NCBI GenBank assembly: GCA_964016885.1
Contig: OZ024743.1
Coordinates: 219,294,001 to 219,358,000 of the forward strand
DNA length: 64,000 nt
Direction: 5' to 3'
From: Eledone cirrhosa
Lineage: Eukaryota
Part shown: piece by piece, positions 1 through 13,226 of the stretch
How the letters are laid out: each line of letters opens with the position of its first letter
Position numbering within the stretch: position 1 is the stretch's first letter
The notes under the pieces: model-generated
Database searches by the model: none
Seen by the model: only the letters and a program-made list of their open reading frames with translations
What the model was told of the DNA's origin: nothing
Program-made: the position numbers and the translations under genes

Positions 1-1538
1 ACTAAAACATAACAAAAATATAATTAAAATAAAATAAAATATAAATGAATATATGTATTTTCCATACTATCACTTTATAAAGTATTCTAGCCATTCTATT
101 ACTATTTCTGACAAATATTCCCACACAGTCATCATTTATTTCTCTTAGTCATTTTATGGAATACAACACTTAGCAACACAAACATATAAACCACACAATG
201 TTGTTTTTTAGTTACAGTCACATGCCCCATACAAATAGCTAATAAGTTGGATGTGTTTTCTAGCTGTTTGGTGCATAAAACCTAACAGCACAGTGCTAGG
301 GTGTGTGTACCTATTTCAACATTTTCAGACTACTTTAGTCTATATTAATTTCTGTAAAAGAGATGTGCATGTAGTACCAGGAAGGGGGGTGGGGGTGAAT
401 ATGCAGAAATATAAAAAGGTTAGAAGAACATTTAGTTTTTATTTGTTATTGTTGATGTTGTTCTTTAACCCCAGGTCAGCTTTGATCAAGCAGATTTATG
501 ATCAAAGCATTCCAGCCATGACCATCCCATCTTATTTTCACACAATATATTCAAGACTATATCATCCAACATGTTCATTGCTTTAAGCTGGTAAGGTGTG
601 ATATGAGGGGAATTCATATCCTTCCTGTCTTAAGATGGTAAATGTGGTTTGAAGGAAATTTGGTTGTTATTATCTCATAAGTTTGCTTCAAGTGGGTGTA
701 AGCTGGCAATTCCCACGAACAGATAATAAAGAATATGTTCAAATAGTGGTGCAACAAAGAAATGGTTGAGAGTTAACATCCTTCATCAAAGTGTATCAAT
801 AAGTTCACAATTCTATTATGTATCTATTATTGAAGTGTCCATTTATGAATTAATTATGCAAAAACAAATTTTTCAAGTATGACTATTAAAAAAATCCAAT
901 GAGCCTGTTGTTTGAAATCTACTCACATCTTGGATACTGTGTTAACCCATTAACATTTAAACTGGCCGTATCCTGCCAGAATTCGCTCACTTCTATCTGT
1001 TCCAACTGACGATAACCAGCTGCTCATACTAATGTTAAGGTATTGTTCTAAAAATAAATGATATCAAAATCTCATAGATTTGATATGTGAGATAATTATG
1101 TGAGATAATTATTTACTAAGAAATATAATAGTAAATATAGAGTAATGTAAATGGAATAAAATTCTAAAATACCAGGAATTATCAGCAAAATATTTTTCCC
1201 CTGTGGCATTCCAAACATTTTTAGGGAGCTGGTCATTGCTGGTGGCTTACTTTATGGAGGTATCAGGTGATGTCTGTAAAGATATTTGGTTACTTCAGTG
1301 CCTTCACCCTGCTATTATATATATAGATGTATTTATTGAAAATATATTTTTACTATGAATAATAATCTAACAAGTTGGGCATAAAAGTCCCCGGACAGAA
1401 AAAATATTGACAACATAGCTCGTGAGTGACAACTCTTTTTTCTGTCTTTTATGCTTAATTTGTTAGAACTATTTTTCATAGTAAAAAAAAAAATGATAAA
1501 CTTCTAAATTTTCAATAAAATCCGCTCAAAGTTTCTAA

Positions 1539-2008
1539 ATCATCATCATCATCATCATTTAATGTCCATCTTCCACACTAGCATGGATCTGGACGGGAAT
1601 TGCCCCACTTGAGGCAAGATTGGTTGTCTTGCTCGGGACTGTCTGGCGGGTTTTCTACGGCTGGATGCCCTTCCTAACACCAACCACGTTTACGATGTGG
1701 ACTGGGAGATTTTTACCGTGTTACCTACATGGCCACATTACAGCGTGGACTGTGTTTTTTTGTCATGACACCTACACGACCTCATTTATTTAGGACTGGA
1801 TGTTGTGGTACTAACATAGCTTTACATCGATTTGGTGGTGTAGATGGCGGTGGGGGTAGGGGTAGTGGGACGGGGGTGTATTTTGGTTAAGAGGTGCCTA
1901 CTGACTGTAGGTTTCGCTTTGTACTTAGGCAAGGTGGGTCTTCTGTATTATTGCGTAGTGACAAAGATCTCGGTCCAGTGACATTGTCTTGGAGAGGTGT
2001 AAGTGTGT
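1539..2008 (-). mobile_element. 5'-truncated RTE subfamily A copy (3' UTR plus last codons)
   Basis: (CAT)n tail at 1539. Collinear with the 3' ends of the copies at 13227 and 57385. Confidence 0.9.
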
Positions 2009-3452
2009 CATCATCATCATCATCACCGTTTTACGTCCGTTCTTCCACGCTAGCATGGGTTAGACGGGTTGTCCTGTTGTGGGCAGTGTCTGGTCGGCTG
2101 ACCATGCCTTGCTCATACAGGAACTGATTTGGCTTGATTTCTACAGCTGGATGCCCTTCCTAACACCAACCTCATTTACAGTGAGTGCTGGGTGCTTTTT
2201 CGTGGCGCCTACACGTCCACTTTACAGTGTGGGCTGGGTGCTTTTTTGCCGTGGCACCTCCACGACCACCTTGCAGTGGGAGGGTGTGGGAGCATATTGT
2301 CTATATGCTTCAGCTTGTACCCATGGGAGGTCGGGTACTGCTTTGTCGTTCGCGTATATTACTATTACACATCCATCGGAGCATGCAGGCTTCGTTTCTC
2401 TCTAATCTACATAAGTCTTCCACCTTCAGCGCCCAGGTCTCACTACCATGTAACATTGCTGTTCGGATACACGCATCATACAGTCTGCCTTTCATTTTGA
2501 GGGAGAAGCCTTTTGCAGCTAGCAGTGGCAGTAGTTCCCTGAACTTCTTCCATCCCGTTCTTACCCTAGTTATTGTACTTTCTGAACACCCACCTCCGCT
2601 GCTAATTCGGTCACCTAGGTAGCAGAAGCTGTCTACTGTCTCTACAGAGCCCTCCCAGAGATTGGTGGTACTGGTTTCCTGTGGCTGTTTGCTGCTTGCT
2701 GTCCCAGTACAGCTGTTGCATGTGAAGCCTACATTCTTAATTAAGCTTCCTGAGATCCCGCTACATCTCTTGTGTACCCATTGTTTGCATTTGGGGCAGA
2801 GAATGGAGTTCCTACCTACACCTTTTCTACATACTGAGCAAGGCCATTTCCCTGAGGGGATCTGGGTTCTGTTTTCTCGTCTACTTACAAGGACCTTAGT
2901 CTTTGTCATGTTGACTTTGAGACCCTTTCTTTCTAGTCCCTGCTTCCAAGTTTGGAATTTCTTCTCTAGTTCTACCATAGATTCAGCTATAAGTGCGAGG
3001 TCATCAGCATACAGGAGTTCCCATGGGCATCCGGTCTTAAACTCCTCCGTTATTGCCTGCAGGACTATGATGAACAGGAGAGGGCTAAGAACAGAGCCCT
3101 GGTGGACACCAACCTGTACGCTAAATTCCTCGCTATACTCATTGCTAATCCTAACTTTGCTGACTGCTCCCCTATACATAGCTTGTACAGCTTTCACAAG
3201 CCATTCATCTACTCCTAGTTTTCTAAGAGCCCACCAGATTACAGCACGTGGAACTCTGTCAAAGGCTTTCTCAAGGTCGACAAATGCCAAGTAGAGTGGC
3301 TTACTTTTAGCTAGGTACTTTTCCTGTAACTACCTCACAAGGAAGAGGGCATCAGTGGTGCCTCTTCCTGGTACAAACCCAAATTGCATCTCATCTAGTT
3401 TCACTCGGTCCCTAATCAACTGTGCTATAACTCTTTGTGTTACTTTCATGAC
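2009..3452 (-). mobile_element. 5'-truncated RTE subfamily B copy with internal deletion
   Basis: (CAT)n tail. ORF 2310-3290 has FVDLEKAFD, YADD and the PHD-like finger. About 265 bp is missing near 2340 relative to the copy at 10672. Confidence 0.92.
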
Positions 3453-4119
3453 TCTTAAGTCCAGCCAAAGAACTTTTAATAAAATGTACCTAGTCCATGC
3501 TGTAAAGTGGTTAGTGATAGGCGGAGTGTAGAGTCAGAAAAATCTTGCCAAAAATTTGGACAACACAAACTCTTCTGGATAGGAAGAATTTGTTGTTTTA
3601 TGGTAATGTAAAAAATTAATTATTTTAGCAGTATTGTCTAATTTTCCAAACCAATTAACAGCTGTCTGCTGATAAATTTTATACAAATTCTAACTATTCA
3701 ACATGATTTGTATACAATTCTCAATTTGATGTGTAAAGCTTTTTTTTCATAAAATAAATGTAATATCTAAATGACATTATAATGTGTTTATAGACTGTGG
3801 AGAATGTAAAATAGATTTAAAATACATGGTTAGCCATTTTGAATTGAAAAATGCAACATTAAAACAACAACCAACAACATACAGTAGGTTACCTAGAAAT
3901 TAGATATAGTTTTTAGTTTATTTTGCAGAGATGGGTTAGCGATAAAGGATGAAAGACATATGTCTCAAATCTTCATCATCATTATCCTCATCATCGTTTT
4001 TATGTCTGTTTTTCCATGCTCCCACGAAGAAATGGAAGTAAGATTTGTGGTTTGTGTGTTAATAGGAGTTTGTGAGTGGGATCAGGTTGAATTGAAGTCC
4101 ACAGATATTTATATTGTAA

Positions 4120-6115
4120 AGAACAGATGTGTATATAATGATGGACTGAAGTGAACAGATGTATATAGTGATGGACTGATATATACAGATGTATATATAG
4201 TGATGGACTGATATATACAGATGTATATATAGTGATGGACTGCTATATACAGATGTATATATAGTGATGGACTGAAGTGAACAGATGTACAGTATATAGT
4301 GATGGACTGATATATACAGATGTATATATAGTGATGGACTGATGTGAACAGATGTGTGTATATAGTGATGGACTGATGTGAACAGCTGTGTATATAATGA
4401 TGGACTGAAGTGAACAGATGTATATAGTGATGGACTGATATATACAGATGTATATATAGTGATGGACTGATGTGAACAGATGTGTGTATATAGTGATAGA
4501 CTGATGTGAACAGATGTGTATATATAATGATGGACTGATGTGAACAGATGTGTGTATATAGTGATGGAATGATGTGAACAGATGTGTGTATATAGTGATG
4601 GACTGATGTGAACAGATGTTTAGTGAATTGGTCACAGGGTTATTTACTTTGGTAAACGCCACTGCAGGCCAACCACTATTTTAATTTGATACAAATATAA
4701 TAAGGTTAACAAACTCGCTCGTGAGTGAACTGTCTGAGAGCCGGTCGCCAAATAAGCCAAGATGTCTCTTTTCTCCCTCCTTTATAATCCCTAGACCGGA
4801 AGTTCAAGGAATCTTCTAGAATTCAACGGGAAGTAACTCCAATTAGTTTTTTCTCCCCGGGCAAGGTGGCGCTAGTCGCTACAGATATATGTATATAGTG
4901 ATGGACTGATGTGAACAGATGTATATATAGTGATGGACTGATGTGAACAGATGTGTATATAGTGATGGACTGATGTGAACAGATGTGTGTATATAGTGAT
5001 GGACTGATGTGAACAGATGTGTGTATATAGTGATGGACTGATGTGAACAGATGTGTGTATATAGTGATGGACTGATGTGAACAGATGTATGTATATAGTG
5101 ATGGACTGATGTGAACCAATGTATATATAGTGATGGACTGATGTGAACAGATGTATGTATATAATGATGGACTGATGTGAAAAGATGTATATATAGTGAT
5201 GGACTGATGTGAACAGATGTGTGTATATAGTGATGGACTGATGTGAACAGATGTGTATATAGTGATGGACTGATGTGAACAGATGTGTGTATATAGTGAT
5301 GGACTGATGTGAACAGATGTGTGTATTGTGAAAGACAGATGTGTATATAGTGATGGACTGAAGTCCAAAGATGTGTATATAGTGATGGACTGAAGCGGAC
5401 AGATGTATATATAGTGATGGATTGAAGTGAACAGATGTGTATATAGTGATGGACTGAAGTGAACAGATGTGAATATAGTGAAGGAATGAAGTGAACAGAG
5501 GTGTATCTAGTGATGGACTGAAGTGAACAGATGTGAATATAGTGAAGGAGTGAAGTGAACAGATGTGAATATAGTGAAGGAGTGAACAGAGGTGTATCTA
5601 GTGATGAACTGAAGTGAACAGGTGTAAATGTAGTGAAGGAATGAAGTAAACAGAGGTGTATCTAGTGATGGACTGAAGTGAACAGATTTGAATATAGTGA
5701 AGGAGTGAAGTGAACAGATGTAAATATAGTGAAGGAATGAAGTGAACAGAGGTGTATCTAGTGATGGACTGAAGTGAACAGATGTGAATATAGTGAAGGA
5801 GTGAAGTGAACAGAGGTGTATCTAGTGATGGACTGAAGTGAACAGATGTGTATATAATGATGGACTGAAGTGAACAGATGTAAATATAGTGAAGGAGTGA
5901 AGTGAACAGATGTGAATATAGTGAAGGAGTGAACAGAGGTGTATCTAGTGATGGACTGAAGTGAACAGATGTGTATATAGTGAAGGAGTGAAGTGAACAG
6001 ATGTGTATATAGTGAAGAAGTGAAGTGAACAGATGTGAATATAGTGAAGGAGTGAAGTGAACAGATGTGTATCTAGTGATGGACTGAAGTGAACAGATGT
6101 GTATATCTAGTGAAG
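4120..6115. repeat. 32-34-bp minisatellite (gatgtgtgtatatagtgatggactgatgtgaaca), interrupted by the solo LTR
   Basis: Directly visible tandem units, with an A-rich variant (gtgaaggagtgaagtgaaca) dominating from ~5460. Confidence 0.95.
4620..4883 (-). mobile_element. Solo LTR (264 bp) inserted in the minisatellite
   Basis: Minus strand runs TGTAGC...CTAA, like the 60463 LTR, and shares acttccggtc...tataaa.gga with it. The flanks gatgt/gatat form a 5-bp TSD with one mismatch. Confidence 0.7.
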
Positions 6116-6224
6116 AGTTGGTATTGGGCTTATGATTGTAAAGTCATAAATTGATCCCTGGACAGTTTAACATGTGTTCTTAAGCAAGGTATTTCATTTC
6201 CTGTTGCTCCAGCCTACTCAACTG

Positions 6225-6288
6225 CAATAGTAGCAGCAGTAGCAATAGTAGCAATATTAGTAGTAGCAGCAATAGTAGTAGTAGTAGC

Positions 6289-6323
<35 letters not shown>

Positions 6324-6648
6324 CAGCAGTAGCAGTAGTAGTAGTAGCAGTAGTAGTAATAGCAGTAGTAATAGTAGCAGCACCAGCAATAGTAGCATCA
6401 GCAGTAATAGCGGCAGCAATAGTAGCAGCAGCAGCAGCAGCAGCAGCAGCAATGGTAGCAGTAGCAGTAGTAGCAGCAGCAATAGTAGCAGCAACAGCAG
6501 TAGCAATAGTAGCAACAGTAGTAGTAGCAGCAGAAATAGTAGCAGCAGCAGTAGTAGCAACAGCAGTAGCAGCAGCAGCAATAATAGCAGCAGTAGCAGC
6601 AGCAGCAGCAATAATAGCAGCAGTAGCAGCAGCAGCAGAAGCAGCAGC
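6225..6648. repeat. Compound (AGC/AGT/AAT)n trinucleotide repeat inside a decayed SINE
   Basis: SINE 5' part at 6120-6225 and 3' part at 6650-6740 flank the repeat. Confidence 0.85.
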
Positions 6649-7068
6649 TTGAGCTAAACCTTGCAATGGAATGGTGTCTGATCCAGGAAAGAGTTCTGTC
6701 CTCTCAGTCACTTCACACCTCATGAAACCAAGATAAGCTTGATGAATCTCTAGGCTTCAGACAGACAGACTATCAACTACAGCCATCACACACAATTATA
6801 GCCACTACCGTCACATCATCAACTATATTTGTTATGTCAGCCACAACCACTGCACCACCTCAACAAGCACCACTATTGCTGCACCAACACATTTCTACAA
6901 TCACTGACATTACTACAACAGCACCACTGGAGCTTTTGACTTTTACAGCTACCACACCATCACACTACTATAGTCAACACCAACCACTCTCCTTTAAAAC
7001 TCATTTTACCATTTTTAAAAAAGGACTTGCTGATGGGTGTATGTGTGTGAGTGTGTGAGAGATAGATA

Positions 7069-7162
7069 TGTTTCTTTATTAGCCACAGGGGCACAAAAGA
7101 AGGGGACAAATACAAAGGGGGAAGTTTACATACAATAAAAACGTGTAAAATATTATCACAAA
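7069..7162 (-). mobile_element. Very short 3' tip of the Tx1/L1-like family with a ~15-bp target-site duplication
   Basis: Reverse complement of 25855-25950. tgtgagagatagata occurs on both sides. Confidence 0.7.
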
Positions 7163-7191
7163 TGTGAGAGATAGATAGATAGATAGTTATA

Positions 7192-7507
7192 TACGAGGGT
7201 AATCCCAAAAGTAAGGTCTCCAAAGCGATGGGGAAGCAGAGAAACTGTTTGTATGGCTGTTGGCAACACTGTTGTGATTGGTGCTTCCTTCACTCTCAAA
7301 CAAGCATGCACGCACTTCGCTGGAATGCCCAATCTTGGCTTGACAGCTGCTGAGAATAGAGCTCCCGTTGAATGCTACCGCCAAGTGCGAATTTCGCGCA
7401 GTTATTATATACGAGGGCAATCGGGTTTCCCGAAGCACCATCCACAGGATTTTAACGGAAAAGTTGCAATATCGGAAGGAGACCTTACTTTTGGGATTGC
7501 CCTCGTA
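7192..7507 (+). mobile_element. Non-autonomous mariner deletion derivative
   Basis: TIRs tacgagggtaatcccaaaagtaaggtctcc / ggagaccttacttttgggattgccctcgta with TA TSD. Transposase remnants CEFRAVI and SRSTIHRILTEKLQYRK. Confidence 0.88.
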
Positions 7508-7509
7508 TA

Positions 7510-10500
7510 TCATCATCATCATCATCATCATTTTACGTCCGCTCTTCCCTGCTCGCAAGGTGGGACGGGTCTTATTCAGCACAGCATCTCTCCACTCGTC
7601 ACGGTCCTTCGTCATCTCCACCGTGAGCTTCAACGATCTGAGGTCTGTACTCACCACCTCCACCCATTTTTTTCATGTTCTACTTCTACCACGTCTTCCT
7701 TCAACTGGCATTTAGTGGCACTTCTTCACCCATCAGTCATCCTCCATGTGCATCACATGTCCATACCACCTCAGTCTCCTCTCCCGTACACTACATTCTA
7801 TCCCTCTCAGACACAGTTTCTCTCTCAACACATTCATGCTGGGTCTTCACACGCATTTACACTGCACATCCAATGGAGCATGCTTGCCTCATTTCTCTCC
7901 AGCCGTCGCATATCCTCTGCAGTTGCTGCCCATGTCTCACTACCATGCAGCATCGCGCTCCTCACACAGGCATCATACAACTGGCCTTTCGTACGCAGGG
8001 AGAAACCCTTCTTCGTCAGCAGAGGAAGCAGCTCCCTAAACTTCTTCCAACCCGTCCTTATTCTAGATACTATGGCCTCGGAACACCCTCCTCCCATGCT
8101 AATCTGATCTAGGTACCGGAAGCTATCCACCACTTCTATAGCACCCTCCTGCATTTGAAAAATGTGTCTATCAATGCAACTTCTACTGTCTAAATTTCCC
8201 TGTACATCTACTGCATACATATTTCTCCCTACCTGTTAGTTTGCCTGCTATCCCACTACATCTCTTGTGTACCCAGGATCTGCATTGTGTGCATTTTATA
8301 GAATTTATGCCAGTTCCTTTTCTGCATATCGAACATGGCCATTTCCCTGACGGAATCAGAGTTTTGTCCTCTTTTCTAGTCATCAACACTTTTGTCTTAG
8401 CTAGGTTCACTCTCAGTCCTCTTGCTTTCAACTGCTGTTTCCATAGCCAGAATTTATTATCTAGCTCCTCTACTGATTCTGCTATAAGAACCAGATCGTC
8501 AGCATAGAATAGTTCCCATGGACAGCCAGTCTTAAACTCCTCTGTTATGGCTTGGAGGACTATAATGAACAAGAGCGGGCTGAGGACTGAACCTTGATGT
8601 ACTCCTACTTGTATCTGGAATTCCTCACTAAACTCCATTCTTACCCTGACTTTACTGACAGTACCTCTGTACAAAGTTTGCACTGTCCTCACAAGCCATT
8701 CCTCAACACCTAGCTTCCTTAGGGACCACCAGATGACAGATCGGGGTACCCTATCAAAGGCCTTCTCTAGGTCAACAAAGGCTAAGTATAGTGGCTTATT
8801 TTTCTCTGAGAACCTCTCTTGCAATTGTCTTACCAAGAAGAGGGCATCTGTTTTATTCTTCCCAGGCACAAAACCAAATTGCATCTCATCTAGTTTGACC
8901 CTTTCTCTAATCAGTTGCGCCATATATAGCCTGATTGATGATGCATGCAACCAGTTTAGTGCCTACATCCCCTGATGCCGTCAGCATCTCAGCAACTATT
9001 CCCGATGGTCCAGCAGCCTTACCATTTTTCATTTCCTTAATCGCTTCTTGGACCCTATATTCGTCAATCTCAATAGCTGGTCCCTCTGTCAGATCTACTA
9101 AGGGTAATTTATCTCTCTCCCATTCGTTCTCCACATTTATCAGTCTCTCATAATGTCATTTCCAGGCCTCCTTTTTCTGATCATTCGTGACACTAAGTAC
9201 ACTGGCATCGTTCCGGACACATTTATCTCCAACAACATCCTGATTTGCATTGACACACTGCCTTGCAATGTGGAACACCGCACGCCTCTGATCTTCCCGT
9301 CGCAGAACATTGGCAAACCTCCTACTCTCAGCCTCCCTGCGTGCTAAGTACACCTGACATCTAGCTTCTCTCTTAGTGGGTGTATATTCTTCCCTACTCC
9401 CACCCTTTTTCCAAGCCTTCCATGCTAGTCTTTTGTCTCTAATGGCCTTATCCACTGTGCTGTTCCATCACCAGGTCACTCTCTGTCTGGTTGGAGCTCT
9501 GCTCCAGCCCCAAGTTTCATCAGTAGCCTGCAGCAAGTTGTCACGTAAGAAATTCCAGTTATTATCTATGTCATACGTCTCTAAATCGTCTTCTTTTTCG
9601 TCATATACATCTTGAAGGGCTTTCCTAAATTTGTATTTTAGTGAAAGGTCTTTTAGCTTCCAGACCTTTCTTCTCCACACTTTCCTGTATGTCTCATTCA
9701 ATCTCTTGCTTACTGAGATATCACTAACGACTAACCTATGCTGTGGGGTACATTCTTCCCCAGGGTATGCCTAGTATTTGACACCATCTGTCTGTCTCAC
9801 TGTGTAACTAGCAAGAAGTCAATCTGGCTTATGTGCTCACCTGATTTGTAGGTTATTAGGTGATTGGCAGGTGTCTGGAAGTTTGTGTTGCAAATAGTCA
9901 GTGTACTTGCATCACAAAATTCAAGAAGTCTCACTCCTTCTTCATTTCTTGAGCCGTAACCGTGCCCACCATGTACCCCAGTGAAACCATCCTGGAGCTG
10001 TCCAACATGACCATTGAAGTCTCCTGCTAGCATAACGATGTCTCCGTCCTCTGTCATTGCAGTTGTTTGTAAAATTTGCTCGTAAAAGCAGTCTTTCTCA
10101 TCTTTGCCTAGGCCTTCTTGGGGAGCATAGGCCGAGATGATTGTCAGTAGTCTCCTACCTACAACTAATCTAAGCTTAATTATTTGATTACTAACTCGAA
10201 CTACCTCTATTGTCTTATTAATCCATCTCTCAGCCAGGAAAATGCCTACTCCCCCTAACCCATCATCCTTACCTACCCAGAAAAGGTTATAGCTAAGATG
10301 TTTGCCTACGACTAGTCTCGCAGAGGCACCTCTCCATCTCACCTCTTGCACGCAACAAACATCCACATGCCTTCTCTCCAGCATCTCCGCTATTTCAACA
10401 GATCTACCCCTGAGAGTGCCAACATTAAGTGTTGCAACTCTGAGATGTGACGTCTTCATATTTTATTGTTGTTCCTATTTGTTGCTGTGCTGATAAGCGT

Positions 10501-10640
10501 TTTGGCATTGATACATTGGTTGAATGCCCTTCCTAACACCAACGCCACTTTACAGCATGGACTGGGTGCTTTTATTTGTGCCACAGCACTTGAGAGGATG
10601 TTTTACTAGACTACCCTCCATTTTACAGCATGGTCATAAA
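7510..10640 (-). mobile_element. Near full-length, frameshifted RTE subfamily C copy
   Basis: Fragmented ORFs 9797-10459 (APE), 9468-9701, 9156-9455, 8907-9134, 8183-8950 (RT, YADD) and 7834-8220. Very short 3' UTR with (GAT)n tail at 7510; 5' UTR at ~10460-10640. Confidence 0.92.
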
Positions 10641-10671
10641 AAAAAAAAAAAAATAATATATATATATATAT

Positions 10672-13168
10672 ATCATCATCATCATCATCACCGTTTTACG
10701 TCCGTTCTTCCACACTAGCATGGGTTAGACGGGTTGTCCTGTTGTGGGCAGTGTCTGGTCGGCTGACCATGCCTTGCTCATACAGGAACTGATTTGGCTT
10801 GATTTCTACAGCTGGATGCCCTTCCTAACACCAACCTCATTTACAGTGAGTGCTGGGTGCTTTTTCGTGGCGCCTACACGTCCACTTTACAGTGTGGGCT
10901 GGGTGCTTTTTTGCCGTGGCACCTCCACGACCACCTTGCAGTGGGAGGGTGTGGGGGCATATTGTCTATATGCTTCAGCTTGTATCCATGGGAGGTTGGG
11001 TACTCTGTATTACTGCATGACGCCAGAGGTCACGGTCATGTGTCATCACCTTTGAGAGGTGTAATTGGGTAAGGTCGGCTTTTATCACCTCATCCCAGGT
11101 CATCTTGGGTCTCCCCACTCCGCGGTTTCCATCGACTTCTAGTGCTCTGTACCTTTTTATGCAGCTGTCATCCTTCATACGCATCACATGTCCATACCAA
11201 CGCATCCGCCTCTCCTGCACACAGCATTTGATTCCTCTTATGCTCAGTCTCTCTCTCAATTCATTTATGCTTTGTCGTTCGCGTATATTACTATTACACA
11301 TCCATCGGAGCATGCAGGCTTCATTTCTCTCTAATCTACGTAAGTCTTCCACCTTCAGCGCCCAGGTCTCACTACCATGTAACATTGCTGTTCGGATACA
11401 CGCATCATACAGTCTGCCTTTCATTTTGAGGGAGAAGCCTTTTGCAACTAGCAGTGGCAGTAGTTCCCTGAACTTCTTCCATCCCGTTCTTACCCTAGTT
11501 ATTGTACTTTCTGAACACCCACCTCTGCTGCTAATTCGGTCACCTAGGTAGCAGAAGCTGTCTACTGTCTCTACAGAGCCCTCCCAGAGATTGGTGGTAC
11601 TGGTTTCCTATGGCTGTTTGCTGCTTGCTGTCCCAGTACAGCTGCTGCATGTGAAGCCTACAGTCTTAATTAAGCTTCCTGAGATCCCGCTACATCTCTT
11701 GTGTACCCATTGTTTGCATTTGGGGCAGAGAATGGAGTTCCTACCTACACTTTTCCTACATACTGAGCAAGGCCATTTCCCTGAGGGGATCTGGGTTCTG
11801 TTTTCTCGTCTACTTACAAGTGCGAGGTCATCAGCATACAGAAGTTCCCATGGGCATCCGGTCTTAAACTCCTCCGTTATTGCCTGCAGGACTATGATGA
11901 ACAGGAGAGGGCTAAGAACAGAGCCCTGGTGGACCCCAACCTGTACGCTAAATTCCTCGCTATACTCATTGCTAATCCTAACTTTGCTGACTGCTCCCCT
12001 ATACATGGCTTGTACAGCTTTCACAAGCCATTCATCTACTCCTAGTTTTCTAAGAGCCCACCAGATTACGGCACGTGGAACTCTGTCAAAGGCTTTCTTG
12101 AGATCGACGAATGCCAGGTAGAGTGGTTTACTTTTAGCTAGGTACTTTTCCTGTAACTACCTCACAAGGAAGAGGGCATCAGTGGTGCCTCTTCCTGGTA
12201 CAAACCCAAATTGCATCTCATCTAGTTTCACCCGGTCCCTAATCAACTGTGCTATAACTCTTTCTGTTACTTTCATGACCTGGTCCATCAGCCATACCTC
12301 TATAGTTTCCTCTATCGAGTGCATCCCCTTTACCTTTGTAGCAGTTGACAATGATGCTACTGCACCAATCTTTTGGTATGACACCTTCTAGTATTACCTG
12401 GTTAACAATACGTGTGGTTATAGTGTGACCTACAGACCCAGATGCCTTCAGCATCTCGGCAGCTATACCCGATGGACCGGTTGCCTTCCCCATCTTCATA
12501 TCTTTGATTGCCTTACTTACTATGCTGCTGCTGACTTGTACTGCTGGCCCCTCTATAGGGTCTACTTGGGGTAGGGTCTCTTCTTCCCATGCATTTTCCT
12601 CATTTAGTAATCTATCATAATGACTCTTCCATGTATCTTTCTTCTCAACACTTGTGAGGGTAAGCTCACCTTTATCATTCCGGATGGACTTCTCTCCAAT
12701 GACATCACAATTCTCTGTGACACACTGCCTCGTAATCTTGAACACCTCCTGTTTCTGGTCTTCACATTGCAAAACATGCTTGAATTTTCTATCCTCTGCT
12801 TCCCTCCTAGCTAAGTATACTTGTCGCCTAGCTTCCCTCTTGGTCTCTATGTAATGTACCCTGCTCCCCCCGTTCTTCCATTCTTTCCATGCCTGTCTAT
12901 TGGCCTTAACTGCCTCATCTACCTTATTGTTCCACCACCAAGTCACTCTCCTCCTGCTTGTGATCTTACTCCAGCCACAGACCTCATCTGTCGCCTCTAG
13001 TAAGTTATTTTTTAGGAACTCCCAGTGCTCTTCTACATTGAATGTCTCTATCTGTTCTTCTTTATTGTCGTAGGCGTTGAGTAAAATATCTTTAAATCTG
13101 TTACTGGCTGAGGGGTCTTTCAGCTTCCAGATCCTTCTTCTCCAGGTTGGCCTCTGTTTCCAGGTTCG
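10672..13168 (-). mobile_element. 5'-truncated RTE subfamily B copy with internal deletions
   Basis: (CAT)n tail next to (TA)n. ORF pieces 10975-11424, 11608-12024 and 12239-12946. About 100 bp is deleted near 11820 relative to the 2009-3452 copy. Confidence 0.92.
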
Positions 13169-13226
13169 ACAGTATATTACTGGTACTTTATTTTATCGAC
13201 CCCATAAGGACGAAAGGCAAAGTTAT

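Noticed and set aside
4120-6115. CRISPR array or repetitive protein (ORFs 4243-4662, 4823-5368)
   Set aside because: Unit length varies between 32 and 34 bp, which breaks frame, and there are no spacers. It is a minisatellite.
6180-6723. Poly-Leu or Ala/Thr-rich (antifreeze- or mucin-like) ORFs
   Set aside because: These are translations of a trinucleotide microsatellite lying inside a decayed SINE; no splice or domain support.
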